Part shown: positions 1 through 10,212 of the stretch, piece by piece
Numbering within the stretch: position 1 is the stretch's first letter
Layout of the letters: every line of letters starts with the position of its first letter
From: Pseudobdellovibrionaceae bacterium
Lineage (GTDB): Bacteria > Bdellovibrionota > Bdellovibrionia > Bdellovibrionales > Bdellovibrionaceae
Assembly (NCBI GenBank): GCA_039810425.1
Contig: JBDHWW010000001.1
Span: 1-64,000 of the forward strand
DNA length: 64,000 nt
Direction: 5' to 3'
Notes under the pieces: model-generated
Databases searched by the model: none
What the model was told of the DNA's origin: nothing
The model's input: only the letters and a program-made list of their open reading frames with translations
Program-made: the position numbers and the translations under genes

Positions 1-165
1 AGATTATGAACGTCTCGCCGATGTTATCTTAACACCTGAGGAATCTACTTAGCAAAAAGGCCTCATGGGGCGCTTACTGATCTTCTTCATATAGAGAAGA
101 TACCGACCCGGAAATGGGGCAGAATATTGATGGTCGTGGGACACTAACTTCTTCAATTGCTCGCC

Positions 166-199
166 AAAAAACAAAAGGGCCAACCCATAAGGTCAGCCC
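166..199 (-). terminator. Rho-independent terminator of the 249..1277 lipoprotein gene
   Basis: Minus strand GGGCTGACC-TTATG-GGTTGGCCC hairpin followed by TTTTGTTTTTT. Confidence 0.7.
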
Positions 200-248
200 C
201 TTCATTAGACCATATCAACTCAGTTTATAAACGGAGTAGAATTGAGAA

Positions 249-1277
249 TTAGAACGAAGTGCTAATCGCCGTTCCCATACCAATATAATTCCAAGTCGTA
301 CCCGTGCGAATTGCTGATGGTGCAGGGACAGCGGAAATAAGGCTGCTACAAGCTGCACCAGAATTATCTACGGCCAGTGGGCTTAATGAACTATAACAAT
401 GACGTTTTTGAACGGAGCTACTATCGGCATCATAAGTAGAATAACTTGTCAGCACTGAGCCATCTTGTGAATAAATAAGGTCCGCAATGCCTGAACCAAG
501 ATCTGCTCCTCCAGAAATGGAGAAGTCCATCGTAGCCCCCGCAACCGTAACCTGTCTTGCTACGCCGTGAAGTTGGAATACGGATCCGTCGGCGGTGTTA
601 AAATAAAACGATACTTTTTCCGAGCTACCGTTGTCCATTGCCCCATAAATGATGCGGTTGTTTCCGTCAGCCTGGGCCCAAAACTCAAAGGCTTGGGTAG
701 AGGATTGCAGAACACGAACATAGAAAGTTCTTTTAGTTGCTGAATTACATTTGATTTGAACTTCCGCAAACTTTGTTCCCGAGTTGGCAAAAATGAATCT
801 TTTTGTCATTTTTGTTCCGTTGTCAGTCATTGGGGTGGGAATCGTTTTGAGATCAGCATTTTGATCTGAAATATCCACCGTGTAACCACTGCCAAGAGGA
901 TAATCAAGAACTCCGGCTGTTACTCCTTCCAAATCTGCGCAGGTATTCAAACCTTCTGATTTAGCCGCTTGTTCAACTTGGTAGAGAGTCGTATTCACAT
1001 CAGGAATAACCGTGTCTGTGAAGTAAGTGTAGGACTGGTAAGCCATATTAAAAATGGTTTCACCAGATGTATTCACAGCCATCAGATGTGTCGCATTGGC
1101 GGCCATCAGACTTGCACTACTGCTGATACAAGAGCTTCCTGCACATGTCGCACTTGGCACCGAAAGCACCCCAGTAGCTCGACCTCCTGAAGAAGAGCCA
1201 CCTCCGCCACCACCTGATCCACCACAGCCCACTAAGGCCATCATTGTTGCTAAAACGAAAAATCCATTTTTCATCAT
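249..1277 (-). CDS. Hypothetical lipoprotein with Gly/Ser-rich tether
   Basis: 342-aa ORF; signal peptide ending LVGC lipobox, then poly-Gly/Ser; GAGGAG RBS upstream; no family recognised. Confidence 0.8.
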   Translation of the reverse strand: MMKNGFFVLATMMALVGCGGSGGGGGGSSSGGRATGVLSVPSATCAGSSCISSSASLMAANATHLMAVNTSGETIFNMAYQSYTYFTDTVIPDVNTTLYQVEQAAKSEGLNTCADLEGVTAGVLDYPLGSGYTVDISDQNADLKTIPTPMTDNGTKMTKRFIFANSGTKFAEVQIKCNSATKRTFYVRVLQSSTQAFEFWAQADGNNRIIYGAMDNGSSEKVSFYFNTADGSVFQLHGVARQVTVAGATMDFSISGGADLGSGIADLIYSQDGSVLTSYSTYDADSSSVQKRHCYSSLSPLAVDNSGAACSSLISAVPAPSAIRTGTTWNYIGMGTAISTSF

Positions 1278-1551
1278 CAGTCTCCTCTTTATTGTTTTTG
1301 TTTGATGTCGTTGTTCTCCAAGAAAAAGCAGACCTCTGGGCTATCAAGCCAGATTTAGCCTTTCTTTCAAAAACTAATAATTTCACCATTTACTAATAAA
1401 AGTTTAGGCAAACTGCGGAAAATGGAAAGAACTTTTTGATATACTACGATGTATCAATAGATAATTTAGTAAAACTTCGGACTTCTACGATTTTTTTAAA
1501 TGTAGTAGCATTACATTACACAGCCTTTGGGCTTGATGGAGAGGAAGCCCT

Positions 1552-1968
1552 ATGGCCGAGAAAAAGAAAAATACTACCTGGCAGAAGATTAAAAGCTCAC
1601 CGTTCAGTTCCGCTAAAGAACTTAAAGAACACGAAGATAGAATTGATCGTGAGGAGTGGGAGCGAATCACTCGGGCCGAAGCACGGCTTGGTTATTTACA
1701 GCGAGAGGATTCTCGGGTCGGCAAATTATTGTCGCAAGGTTATAAAGCCAGTTTCAAAAGTGAAGACGACACCACCACTCACTCCGTGCGGGTTTTCTTG
1801 AACGATCAAAACGAAGTGGAAATTGAGATTGATAACGAGTTGAAGAGTGAAGACAAGAACGGAACCTTGGAAGCCTTGGTTCGTTCCCTCTCGCAAAGTT
1901 TTGTGAGCGGTTATTTGATGAGTGTCGGATTGAAGGCCGAAGAGCCGATCCAGAAAAATAAAGGCTAA
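1552..1968 (+). CDS. Hypothetical protein
   Basis: 138-aa charged ORF with GGAGAGG RBS and a downstream hairpin. Confidence 0.7.
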   Translation: MAEKKKNTTWQKIKSSPFSSAKELKEHEDRIDREEWERITRAEARLGYLQREDSRVGKLLSQGYKASFKSEDDTTTHSVRVFLNDQNEVEIEIDNELKSEDKNGTLEALVRSLSQSFVSGYLMSVGLKAEEPIQKNKG

Positions 1969-1973
1969 TTCAT

Positions 1974-1996
1974 AGGGACTTTTTCAGGTCCTTTTT
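1974..1996 (+). terminator. Possible terminator of 1552..1968
   Basis: AGGGAC...GTCCTT stem followed by a T run. Confidence 0.45.
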
Positions 1997-2027
1997 ACTA
2001 TACCAGCCCCAGAAGTAGTTATAAAAT

Positions 2028-2056
2028 AAAAAGCCAGGTTTAGTACCTGGCTTTTT
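2028..2056. terminator. Bidirectional terminator between convergent 1552..1968 and lon
   Basis: AAAAAGCCAGGT-TTAGT-ACCTGGCTTTTT perfect inverted repeat. Confidence 0.85.
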
Positions 2057-2117
2057 AGTGCTCTTTAGGGAGGAGCGATGTTTGGGCGCCGCATCCGAAA
2101 AAGGTACGGCGTACCTT

Positions 2118-4529
2118 TTAGGCGGCGGCGGCGGGAGCTTTTGGCTTTTTGCCGTCTTTTTTGCCGCCGGGAGTTTTCTTCACTCCCTTGGCGTTTTTGT
2201 CGAAGACGACCGCAAACACCTCATCGAGGTTTTCGGCCAAGATGAAATTCATTTTGTCTTTAAATTGCTTAGGAATGTCAGTAAGATCCTTGGCATTTGC
2301 GAACGGCACGATCACGTTCGTGATGCCTTGGTTCAAAGCGGCCAAGCATTTTTCGCGGATACCACCCACTGGAAGTACGCGACCTTGGAGTGTTACTTCA
2401 CCGGTCATTGCGATGTCATGACGAACTGGAGTATCAGTCATCAAACTCACAAGTGCCGTCGTCAGAGTGATACCTGCAGAAGGACCATCCTTAGGAATGG
2501 CACCTGCTGGCAAGTGAACATGGATATCATATTTCTCGAAGAAGTCCGCCGGGATTTCCAATTCTTCCATGTGAGCTTTTGTGTAGCTCATCGCCGCGTG
2601 GGCAGATTCCTTCATTACGTCACCCAATTGGCCAGTCAGCATCAAGCCGCCTTTGCCTTTCATCTTCAGGGCTTCAACATGAAGAACTTCACCACCGGCC
2701 TGAGTCCAAGCAAGACCCTGTACAATACCTACTTGAGAATCCGGCAATTTGTCTTCACGCAAGAAACGTGGAGGGCCAAGCAATTCCGGCACAGTCGTCG
2801 CGTTTACTTCGACGAACTTAGTTTCGCTCATCACAACCATCTTAGCCACTTTACGGCAGATAGAACCGACTTCACGCTCGAGGTTACGAAGACCAGCTTC
2901 GCGAGTGTAGCCGCCGATTAAGTATCTGATACCTTCATCAGTAAAGCGGATGTTTTCGTTCGTGATACCGTTGGCTTCGATTTGTCTGTCGACTAAATGC
3001 TTTTTAGTAATCAACAATTTATCGTTCTCAGTGTAGCCAGGAATGTTGATGATCTCCATACGGTCGCGCAAAGCGGGTGGGATATTCTCCAACACGTTGG
3101 CAGTTGCGATAAACAGTACGTTTGAAAGATCGAAATCAACATTCAAGTAGTTATCACGGAAAGTGGAGTTTTGTTCCGGATCTAAAACCTCTAGCATTGC
3201 CGCTGAAGGGTCACCACGGAAATCAGAACCGAGTTTATCAACTTCATCGAGGACGATAACGGGATTGTTAGTTTTAGCTTGGCGAAGTGCTTGAATCACT
3301 TTGCCAGGCATCGCACCAACATAAGTACGACGGTGACCGCGAATCTCCGCTTCGTCTTTTACACCGCCGAGCGCGATACGGAAGTATTCACGACCCATTG
3401 ATTTCGCGATAGAGCGGCCCAAAGAAGTTTTACCTACGCCGGGAGGGCCGGCAAAGCAAAGGATTGGACCTTTGATAGATTGCTTCAGTTTACGAACTGC
3501 AAGGAACTCCAAAACGCGGTCTTTGGCTTTTTGGAGATCATAGTGATCATCATCAAGAATTTCTTTGGCTCGAGCCAAATCCAGAACGTCGTCCGTTTTC
3601 TTAGACCAGGGAAGGTCTACCATCCAGTCGAGGTAAGTGCGAACCATGGTTGCTTCACTTGCATCTGGATGCATACGCTCAAGACGGGCCATTTGTTTCA
3701 AAGCTTCGGTTTCTACCGCTGGAGGCATGCCTGCATTGACGATTTTCTCGCGAAGCTCTTCCATTTCCTCGGACTTTGAGTCTTGCTCGCCGAGTTCGTT
3801 CTTTATAGCCTTCATTTGCTCGCGCAAGAAGTATTCACGTTGAGTTTTAGACATTTCGTCTTTAGCGTTGGTGCGAATCTTGGCTTGCATTTGCATAACT
3901 TCAATTTCAGCCGCCAACAACTCGTTAACCATTTTAAGTCGTTCTTTAGGGTCCGAAGTCTCAAGAACCTTTTGAGCGTCTTGCACTTTGACGCCCAAGT
4001 TGCTAGCAACAAGATCAGCCACGCGGCCCGGATCGTTGACATCATCAAGAACCAAAAGGATGTCCGGAGAAAGTGGACGACCCAAAGCGATGATTCTTTC
4101 GATATGCTCCTTTGCTGTTCTGATCAGCGCTTCTGATTCAGAAGCAGGAACTTGGAATTGTGATTCGTCGATTTTGTCAACGGCAACTTCAAAGCTCGGG
4201 GCGGTCTTCACGTAGTTTTTCACCCGGGCTTTAGCCACACCTTGAATCAAGATTTTTATGCGACCATCAGAAAGCTTACGCATTCTCATGATCATCGCCA
4301 CAGTACCTACTGTGTAGATTGATTCCGGGTTTGGATTTTCTTCATTGATATCTTTCTGTGAAGCCAAGAAGATCAGGCGATTTTTAGCCAACGCTTCTTC
4401 TACAGAGCGGATCGAAGCCTCACGTCCCACAAAGAGTGGAATAATCATGTAAGGAAATACAACGATATCGCGAACTGGCAACATGGGAAGTGTCTGCGGG
4501 ATCTCTAGTACTTTTTCGTCAAAGCTCAT
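2118..4529 (-). CDS. lon: ATP-dependent protease La (LonA)
   Basis: Lon N-domain, Walker A GPPGVGKT, RRTYVGAMPG, catalytic PKDGPSAG and GGIREK. Confidence 0.98.
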   Translation of the reverse strand: MSFDEKVLEIPQTLPMLPVRDIVVFPYMIIPLFVGREASIRSVEEALAKNRLIFLASQKDINEENPNPESIYTVGTVAMIMRMRKLSDGRIKILIQGVAKARVKNYVKTAPSFEVAVDKIDESQFQVPASESEALIRTAKEHIERIIALGRPLSPDILLVLDDVNDPGRVADLVASNLGVKVQDAQKVLETSDPKERLKMVNELLAAEIEVMQMQAKIRTNAKDEMSKTQREYFLREQMKAIKNELGEQDSKSEEMEELREKIVNAGMPPAVETEALKQMARLERMHPDASEATMVRTYLDWMVDLPWSKKTDDVLDLARAKEILDDDHYDLQKAKDRVLEFLAVRKLKQSIKGPILCFAGPPGVGKTSLGRSIAKSMGREYFRIALGGVKDEAEIRGHRRTYVGAMPGKVIQALRQAKTNNPVIVLDEVDKLGSDFRGDPSAAMLEVLDPEQNSTFRDNYLNVDFDLSNVLFIATANVLENIPPALRDRMEIINIPGYTENDKLLITKKHLVDRQIEANGITNENIRFTDEGIRYLIGGYTREAGLRNLEREVGSICRKVAKMVVMSETKFVEVNATTVPELLGPPRFLREDKLPDSQVGIVQGLAWTQAGGEVLHVEALKMKGKGGLMLTGQLGDVMKESAHAAMSYTKAHMEELEIPADFFEKYDIHVHLPAGAIPKDGPSAGITLTTALVSLMTDTPVRHDIAMTGEVTLQGRVLPVGGIREKCLAALNQGITNVIVPFANAKDLTDIPKQFKDKMNFILAENLDEVFAVVFDKNAKGVKKTPGGKKDGKKPKAPAAAA

Positions 4530-4579
4530 GTGGCTCCTCCGCTGTCTGTGCGGGAAATAAGTGTTTCTGTCTGAAATAC

Positions 4580-4607
4580 TTGTCGGAGCACCCTGAAAAA
4601 GGCTTTA
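4580..4607 (-). promoter_or_regulatory. Sigma28 (FliA)-like promoter upstream of lon
   Basis: TAAA-N16-TCCGACAA versus consensus TAAA-N15-GCCGATAA. Confidence 0.45.
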
Positions 4608-4695
4608 AGCAAAAACGGCTAGATCTATGGAAAATCAGTAAAATCAAGACTGACATCCATGTCAGAAGTCCTCATCCAATGAGAGTGAAACTGGT

Positions 4696-5055
4696 CTATT
4701 GTTGGTATGAATTACGCAGATCCTCTTGATCCTCCATGCACTCAATGCACATAGTGGTAAAAGGTCTAGCCTGAAGACGTCGAGGATTGATGGAACCACC
4801 GCAGCACTCGCATTGGCCGTAAGTTCCCTCAGAAATTTTTCCGAGCGCACGCTCAATCATAAATAATGAAGTGCGGTCCCTTTCATGAAGATGAATAGAG
4901 ATATTGTTTGATAAATCAATAGAAGCAGCTTCGGCCTCATCGGAAACCGTCACAATCTTTGACTGTTCTTGTTTAAACTCGCTCGTCTTATTCAGAATTG
5001 AACTCTTCTGTGAAAGGAGAGACTCTCTGATCGCACTGAGTTCGGTTGAGTTCAT
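4696..5055 (-). CDS. dksA: TraR/DksA family transcription factor with C4 zinc finger
   Basis: Coiled coil, ALGKISEGTYG, CECC-x17-CIEC; tip motif DEAEAA. Confidence 0.9.
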   Translation of the reverse strand: MNSTELSAIRESLLSQKSSILNKTSEFKQEQSKIVTVSDEAEAASIDLSNNISIHLHERDRTSLFMIERALGKISEGTYGQCECCGGSINPRRLQARPFTTMCIECMEDQEDLRNSYQQ

Positions 5056-5233
5056 CTTTACCCCCTTCGTAAGCTCGCTGAATGAATCACTTCAAAACAA
5101 AAAACTTAAGGATGATCCTTGGCCGAAAACTGAGTGCATCTTACGAAGGAATGATTTGGTGTCATCAAAAAAAAGTGTAGTGCTAAAACTCTCAGCACAA
5201 ATCTAACGCCTCGCGAGGGCTTGAAAGACCCTC

Positions 5234-5608
5234 CTAGCGCGCGAACTTGCGTGTCATGGCTTCTTGGATTTCTGCGCCCTCAATGCTGAGACGAGTCCAT
5301 GGCACTGCGAAAAGACGCTCCAATTCTATGGGCTCTTCGGTTTCTTCACAGATTCCGTAGGTACCATTTTCAATGCGCGAAAGGGCCTGGTCTATTTCAA
5401 TAAGTTGAGTGCGCATTCTTTCTTGCGAGATGAGGAAGTGATTTTCAGCGAGCTGAGCAACGGTCTGGTCCACTTCGTCGCCACTGCCCTTTTCGACATG
5501 CCCAAAGTCGAGCTGTGCCATACGAACACGATTGAGAATGTCTTGTCTCATCGTGACCAACTTTCTTCTGCACTCTGCAATTGTTTGTGGTGATAAATGC
5601 GTGTTCAT
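5234..5608 (-). CDS. dksA: TraR/DksA family transcription factor, zinc-free type
   Basis: ALSRIENGTYGICEET-x17-SIEG (only one of four Cys kept); tip motif DEVDQT. Confidence 0.88.
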   Translation of the reverse strand: MNTHLSPQTIAECRRKLVTMRQDILNRVRMAQLDFGHVEKGSGDEVDQTVAQLAENHFLISQERMRTQLIEIDQALSRIENGTYGICEETEEPIELERLFAVPWTRLSIEGAEIQEAMTRKFAR

Positions 5609-5695
5609 AGGGCCCCCTCTCTAATGATTCAGTGTGTTTATTCACACCGTTGAGGACTAGGACAGCAGTCCCTCGGGGGCCGGTTAGCGGAAAAA

Positions 5696-7399
5696 TTATT
5701 TTTGAACCTTAAGCGGCACAACCTCACCCTTTTCAAGCGTCAGAGCCATTAAAGGGCGTTGGATTTCGCGATCTTGAGTCATATTCAAGGTGCCTAATGC
5801 GCCTGGAAATTTTTTCAACGAGCTGAGTTCGCGAGTCAAAGACTCACGAGTCGCCGCACCTTGAGCCACGAGCTGGCGCAGAATCAAAGCCGAGTCATAG
5901 GCCTGGATTTCAATCAAGGAAGGCTCTTCGTTATAGAGCGCTTTATACTCCTGTACGAAGCGCGAATGAGTCGCTGTCGTCGGGAGGAAGCTGTCCACAA
6001 AAATCAGATTATTAACGAAGTTTCCAGCACGCTTAGCTAGTCCTGGGGTGTTCCATAAATTGGTCCCGATGAGCTTTACACCCTTTACCCCCGAGAAGGA
6101 TAGGAAGGCGGCGATTTGGCCCAAGGCCTTTGCGTTATCAGGAATAAAGACAGCATCAAAATCTGTAATAGGAGGCAAAACGTCCTCTTCGTGAGAGGTT
6201 CGGATCGACTTCTTTTTTTTGTCGGTGTCTTCACCCAATTTTGCGAGGCGGGCCTTGTACTCGTCCACGCGGCCCTCAATGTAGTAAGTGCCGACCAGGC
6301 GCTGAATCACATAGCGGAAGTCTGATTCTTTGGGATTATAAACTTGCGCGGAGGCAATCGTTCCACCACGCGCAAGGACTTCATCCCAGAACAAGTTGGT
6401 GTACTCGATACCATAAGGATCGTTTGGATATACAATCGCGAAACGCTTCATTCCATAATCTTCCATCGCAGTGCGAACGAGATAACGCACCTGCATTTCG
6501 CTCGTTAGCGCGTTACGGAACACTGTCGGGCCAAGCTCTGTTAAGCCGGACTTCTGTGAAAGACCGATTGTTGGCACGCCCAATTCATCCGCCTTGGAAG
6601 CCACAGCCGGAGCCGTTTTGCTGAGAAGACTTCCGACGATCGCGATCGCATTGTCTTCTTTGACAAGGCGTTCAACACCACGGCGTGCGTTGTCAGGATT
6701 ACCTTCGCTATCCATCACTGCCAAACGGAAGCCCGAGCCCAGATTGTTCAGCCCGAGACCCATTTCCACACCACGCAAAGCCTTCTGACCGACAGAAGCG
6801 GCCTTGCCCGTAAGAGGTAAAACCACACCGATCGTTTTTGATTCCACGAACTTGCTGCTTTCAAGCTGAGACAAAATATCTTGAGCGCGAAGAGCAAGAT
6901 CGCTGCCAGGCAAGAATTCGCCAACGCTTGAGAAGTACTTTCTTGCACGATCTTTGTCGCGGTCTTCAAGCGCTATCTCACCCAAACGGAAAAGAGCATA
7001 ACCGCGGGCAAAACCAAAGTCAGAATCGCGCGCGACTTTTTCAAGTTGCTCTTGAGTCAATTTGCCTTCAGCGATTTCCACACTTTTGAGCCTGAAAGAT
7101 TCTTGCTCCTGAGGGGTGGTTGCGATAACGGAAAAGTTCACACTTTCTTTAAGAGCCTGCATGTAATCACCCGCCGTCTCGAGCTCGCGCACACGAGCCG
7201 TGTTGGCCCTTTGCTGCGGAAGCTGCTGGCCCATGCCACCCATCTGTTTTCCACCGGCAGTTGGGATATGAGTCATCACGGGCAGTTGGCCGGGGTGGCC
7301 ATTCTGTGAAGGTTGACCTTGAAGCTCCGGTCTTTTAGTTTGAACGCCGGCACAAGCCGCCAAACTCAGGGCGGAAAGAATTAGAAGTCCGTTTCTCAT
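5696..7399 (-). CDS. LpoA/LppC-like lipoprotein (penicillin-binding protein activator / periplasmic-binding-protein type 1 fold)
   Basis: Lipobox LAAC, TPR-like helical region, then IGVVLPLTG...IVGSLLS...FDAVFIPD...AYDSA. Confidence 0.8.
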   Translation of the reverse strand: MRNGLLILSALSLAACAGVQTKRPELQGQPSQNGHPGQLPVMTHIPTAGGKQMGGMGQQLPQQRANTARVRELETAGDYMQALKESVNFSVIATTPQEQESFRLKSVEIAEGKLTQEQLEKVARDSDFGFARGYALFRLGEIALEDRDKDRARKYFSSVGEFLPGSDLALRAQDILSQLESSKFVESKTIGVVLPLTGKAASVGQKALRGVEMGLGLNNLGSGFRLAVMDSEGNPDNARRGVERLVKEDNAIAIVGSLLSKTAPAVASKADELGVPTIGLSQKSGLTELGPTVFRNALTSEMQVRYLVRTAMEDYGMKRFAIVYPNDPYGIEYTNLFWDEVLARGGTIASAQVYNPKESDFRYVIQRLVGTYYIEGRVDEYKARLAKLGEDTDKKKKSIRTSHEEDVLPPITDFDAVFIPDNAKALGQIAAFLSFSGVKGVKLIGTNLWNTPGLAKRAGNFVNNLIFVDSFLPTTATHSRFVQEYKALYNEEPSLIEIQAYDSALILRQLVAQGAATRESLTRELSSLKKFPGALGTLNMTQDREIQRPLMALTLEKGEVVPLKVQK

Positions 7400-8403
7400 T
7401 TTTTATTCCTCATGATGTTTGCCGCTTTTTCTTTAAAGGCCTTTACCAACGGGGTTTCATCGCCGTCTTTTGAAAGTTCTTCGAGCAATTCTTTTTGTCG
7501 GTTACTAATTTTCTCTGGAGTATCGACAATCAGGCGAACCATCATGTCTCCGGCGCTAAAACCACCGACTTTGGGGAATCCCTTGCCCTTTAATCGGAAG
7601 GTCTGTCCCGTATGCGTTCCGGGAGGAATACGAATCACCGCTTTGCCAGACAAAGTCGGGATTTCTACAGAGGTGCCCAGGATAGCATCCGTGTAGGTGA
7701 CAGGAAGATCCATTAGGATATCGTTTTCTTGACGCTTAAATAGTGGATGCTCCTGGATCTTAATGATGACATACAAATCGCCGGCAGCACCGCCTCCGGC
7801 AGGTCCATCGCCTTCGCCGGCAAGCTTCAGGCGCTGGTCCTCTTTCACACCCGCCGGAACATTTACAGCGAGTTTTGCCGTTTCATCTTTGCCATTGCGC
7901 TGACGAACAAAGCTGATCACTTTCTCAATGCCGAGTGCGGATTCTTCAAATGCGATATTTAAAGTATAACGAAGGTCGGAACCTTTTTGCTGGCGCCGAC
8001 GAGGACCCCCAGTACCGGCGCCCGGTCCGCCGCTGTAGCCGCGCGCTCCGAAGATCTCGCTGAAAACATCGCCGAAAATATCTTGGAATGGATCTTGACC
8101 TTGGCCCGCGCCCCCACCACTGAATCCGCCAAAACCACCGGCGCTCCCGAAAGGACCTCCTGCTCCACCGAATCCACTCTGTGCACCGGCGTGGCCAAAT
8201 TGATCATACATTTCGCGTTTCTTAGGGTCGCTGAGTATTTCGTATGCTTCTGAGAATTCTTTAAACTTTTCTTCCGCTTTTTTATCGCCAGGATTTTTAT
8301 CCGGATGATATTGCATCGCAAGCTTGCGGTAAGATTTCTTGATCTCATCCGCTGTTGCTGAGCGAGAAACGTTCAGAAGTGAATAATAGTCTTTTTTAGA
8401 CAA
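7396..8403 (-). CDS. dnaJ: DnaJ-class co-chaperone, class B/CbpA-like (no zinc finger)
   Basis: J domain with HPD, G/F-rich linker, C-terminal domains; no CxxCxGxG repeats. Confidence 0.92.
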   Translation of the reverse strand: MSKKDYYSLLNVSRSATADEIKKSYRKLAMQYHPDKNPGDKKAEEKFKEFSEAYEILSDPKKREMYDQFGHAGAQSGFGGAGGPFGSAGGFGGFSGGGAGQGQDPFQDIFGDVFSEIFGARGYSGGPGAGTGGPRRRQQKGSDLRYTLNIAFEESALGIEKVISFVRQRNGKDETAKLAVNVPAGVKEDQRLKLAGEGDGPAGGGAAGDLYVIIKIQEHPLFKRQENDILMDLPVTYTDAILGTSVEIPTLSGKAVIRIPPGTHTGQTFRLKGKGFPKVGGFSAGDMMVRLIVDTPEKISNRQKELLEELSKDGDETPLVKAFKEKAANIMRNKK

Positions 8404-8417
8404 GGGAGAGCTCCTCT

Positions 8418-8945
8418 TTACTCAGGCTTTTTCGCTACCACCACTTGGGCGGGGCGAATGACCTTGTCGTGAAGTTTGTACGCTTTTTTGAAAACGCGGG
8501 CGACATGGCCCGGAGGAACGTCATTTGTGGGTTCGGAACTCAGGGCCTCCATGAAGTTCGGATCGAAGGCGGCACCTTCGCACTTAACTTCGGCAACACC
8601 ATTGCGCTGGAGAACAGATTTTAATTCACCGGCGGTCATTTCAACGCCTTGAACGAAATTGTTAAAAGAATCAGGAGTGACCTTGGTTTGGAGTGCGCGC
8701 TCAAAGTTATCAACGACACCAAGAACATCGTTCACAATGCGCTCGGATCCGTATTTCAAAGCCTCAGAACGCTCTTTAATCGCGTTGCGTTTGTAGTTTT
8801 CAAACTCGGCACGCAGATAAAGGTAATCATTTTTGTATTTTTCACTTTGCTCTTGCAGCTTTTTAATTTCAGAAGAAACGTCAAAGGAGGCGGCCCCTTC
8901 AGAAGCAGGTTTATCGTTTTGATCCGCTGGATTTTGATCAGACAC
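8418..8945 (-). CDS. grpE: Nucleotide exchange factor GrpE
   Basis: [34 protein letters not shown]; start moved to GTG 8945 behind AAGGAG. Confidence 0.95.
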   Translation of the reverse strand: MSDQNPADQNDKPASEGAASFDVSSEIKKLQEQSEKYKNDYLYLRAEFENYKRNAIKERSEALKYGSERIVNDVLGVVDNFERALQTKVTPDSFNNFVQGVEMTAGELKSVLQRNGVAEVKCEGAAFDPNFMEALSSEPTNDVPPGHVARVFKKAYKLHDKVIRPAQVVVAKKPE

Positions 8946-9018
8946 AAGAGACTCCTTTAAATGCAATACACATCAAACTAAGATTGTGTACTCATTGGAA
9001 AAAGTCAATGTGACAGAG

Positions 9019-10194
9019 CTAAATCTCGTCCTCTAAAAACGTCAATTGAGCGAAGATTTGGTTGCTGATAAGAACGCCCTCTTTTGTCAGGGACCAATGC
9101 CCATTGTCATTGATTTGAAGCCAATTGTGAGTCTGTAAACGGCGCAGAATTTTCAGCACTTTGTCAGAGGTCTCTGTGGAAAACTTGGTGGTTAACTTTA
9201 CGGGGTCAAGGCCACTCAACATACGTAAAGAAGTGTGACAGAAATCTGTCAAAGATTGATGTTTATCGAGACGCTCAAACTGGTTGTCTGGCAATTGGAC
9301 AGTAGGGCTTGTGAATGCCTGCCCGGCGTGCGACAGGATCTGCTTCTCGTATTCGTTGATATTTGAGAGATTCCAGTACCGAAGTCCCCAGGGCGCATTT
9401 TTCGAATAAGAGTGCGCGCTTAGCCCGAGCCCCCAATACGCTTCATCCGCCCAATATAGAATATTATGGCGTGACTCGTATCCTGGTAAGCTGAAGTTTG
9501 AGATTTCGTACTGACGGAAGCCGTGGGACTGCAATCTTTCAGAAATAATCTCAAACATCGAGACTTGATCGTCTTCGATTGGACGGCCTTTTGACAAGGG
9601 ATGCCCCTCAGGTACCGTGAGACAGTAAGGGCTGATGTGTTTTGCTCCTTGCTCAATCGCAATATCGACGTCGCGCTGAAGACCGTCGACATTTTGTGAA
9701 GGCAGGGCGAAAAGAATATCGAAGCTGAAATTGAGATTGTGCTTACGCAGAAGTGCCAGCGTATCCAGCGTCTGTTGAGCATCGTGCTCGCGGTGAACCA
9801 TCTTTAGTAGGCGGTCGTCAAAGGTCTGAGCACCGACACTAAAGCGGTTGACGCCAGCGCTAAGGTACATGGCGAGTTTCTTTTCGTCCACAGTCGCTGG
9901 ATTTATTTCGATCGTGATTTCGGTTTGAGGTCCAGTCGTAAAGCCGTGCTTTGCGAGTTCTTGAATAATGGCTACAATAAGCTCTGAGGGAATAAGGCTT
10001 GGCGTTCCTCCACCGAAGTACAAGGTATCAAGTGGACGGGCCGGGTAGTAGGCCTTCTTTTGGCGGATTTCTTCAAAAAGAAGTTCGACATACTTCTGCG
10101 GTGGCAGAATTTTAAACTGTTCATAGGTTGCAAAGTCGCAATACGTGCAACGCTGGATACAGTAGGGAATGTGAACGTAAATTCCAAAACTCAT
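9019..10194 (-). CDS. hemW: Radical SAM heme chaperone HemW (HemN-like)
   Basis: YVHIPYCxxxCxYCDF, YFGGGTPS, YEISNF, HNILYW; start taken as ATG 10194. Confidence 0.92.
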   Translation of the reverse strand: MSFGIYVHIPYCIQRCTYCDFATYEQFKILPPQKYVELLFEEIRQKKAYYPARPLDTLYFGGGTPSLIPSELIVAIIQELAKHGFTTGPQTEITIEINPATVDEKKLAMYLSAGVNRFSVGAQTFDDRLLKMVHREHDAQQTLDTLALLRKHNLNFSFDILFALPSQNVDGLQRDVDIAIEQGAKHISPYCLTVPEGHPLSKGRPIEDDQVSMFEIISERLQSHGFRQYEISNFSLPGYESRHNILYWADEAYWGLGLSAHSYSKNAPWGLRYWNLSNINEYEKQILSHAGQAFTSPTVQLPDNQFERLDKHQSLTDFCHTSLRMLSGLDPVKLTTKFSTETSDKVLKILRRLQTHNWLQINDNGHWSLTKEGVLISNQIFAQLTFLEDEI

Positions 10195-10212
10195 AGGAGC
10201 ACTACTTAGGCT

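Noticed and set aside
1..147. Possible 3' end of a gene at the window start (frame 2 DYERLADVILTPEEST* to 52; a second short open stretch to 147)
   Set aside because: Too short to identify; could be a truncated or frameshifted remnant but cannot be supported without upstream sequence
1436..1457. FNR/CRP-type site
   Set aside because: Half-sites TTGAT/ATCAA are 12 bp apart rather than the 4 bp FNR requires
2058..2921. 287-aa + strand ORF and the many other antisense ORFs in the track (e.g. 31350..32156, 48809..49600, 20766..21419)
   Set aside because: They are shadows of well-supported genes on the opposite strand and show no motifs or RBS
8946..8966. Longer ORF-track starts for grpE, hemW (10230), rplU (28675), exonuclease (39922), DUF3443 (47491), DUF2844 (47958) and mlaF2 (53153)
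   Set aside because: Downstream starts fit the RBS or promoter position and family N-termini better and avoid overlaps with neighbouring genes
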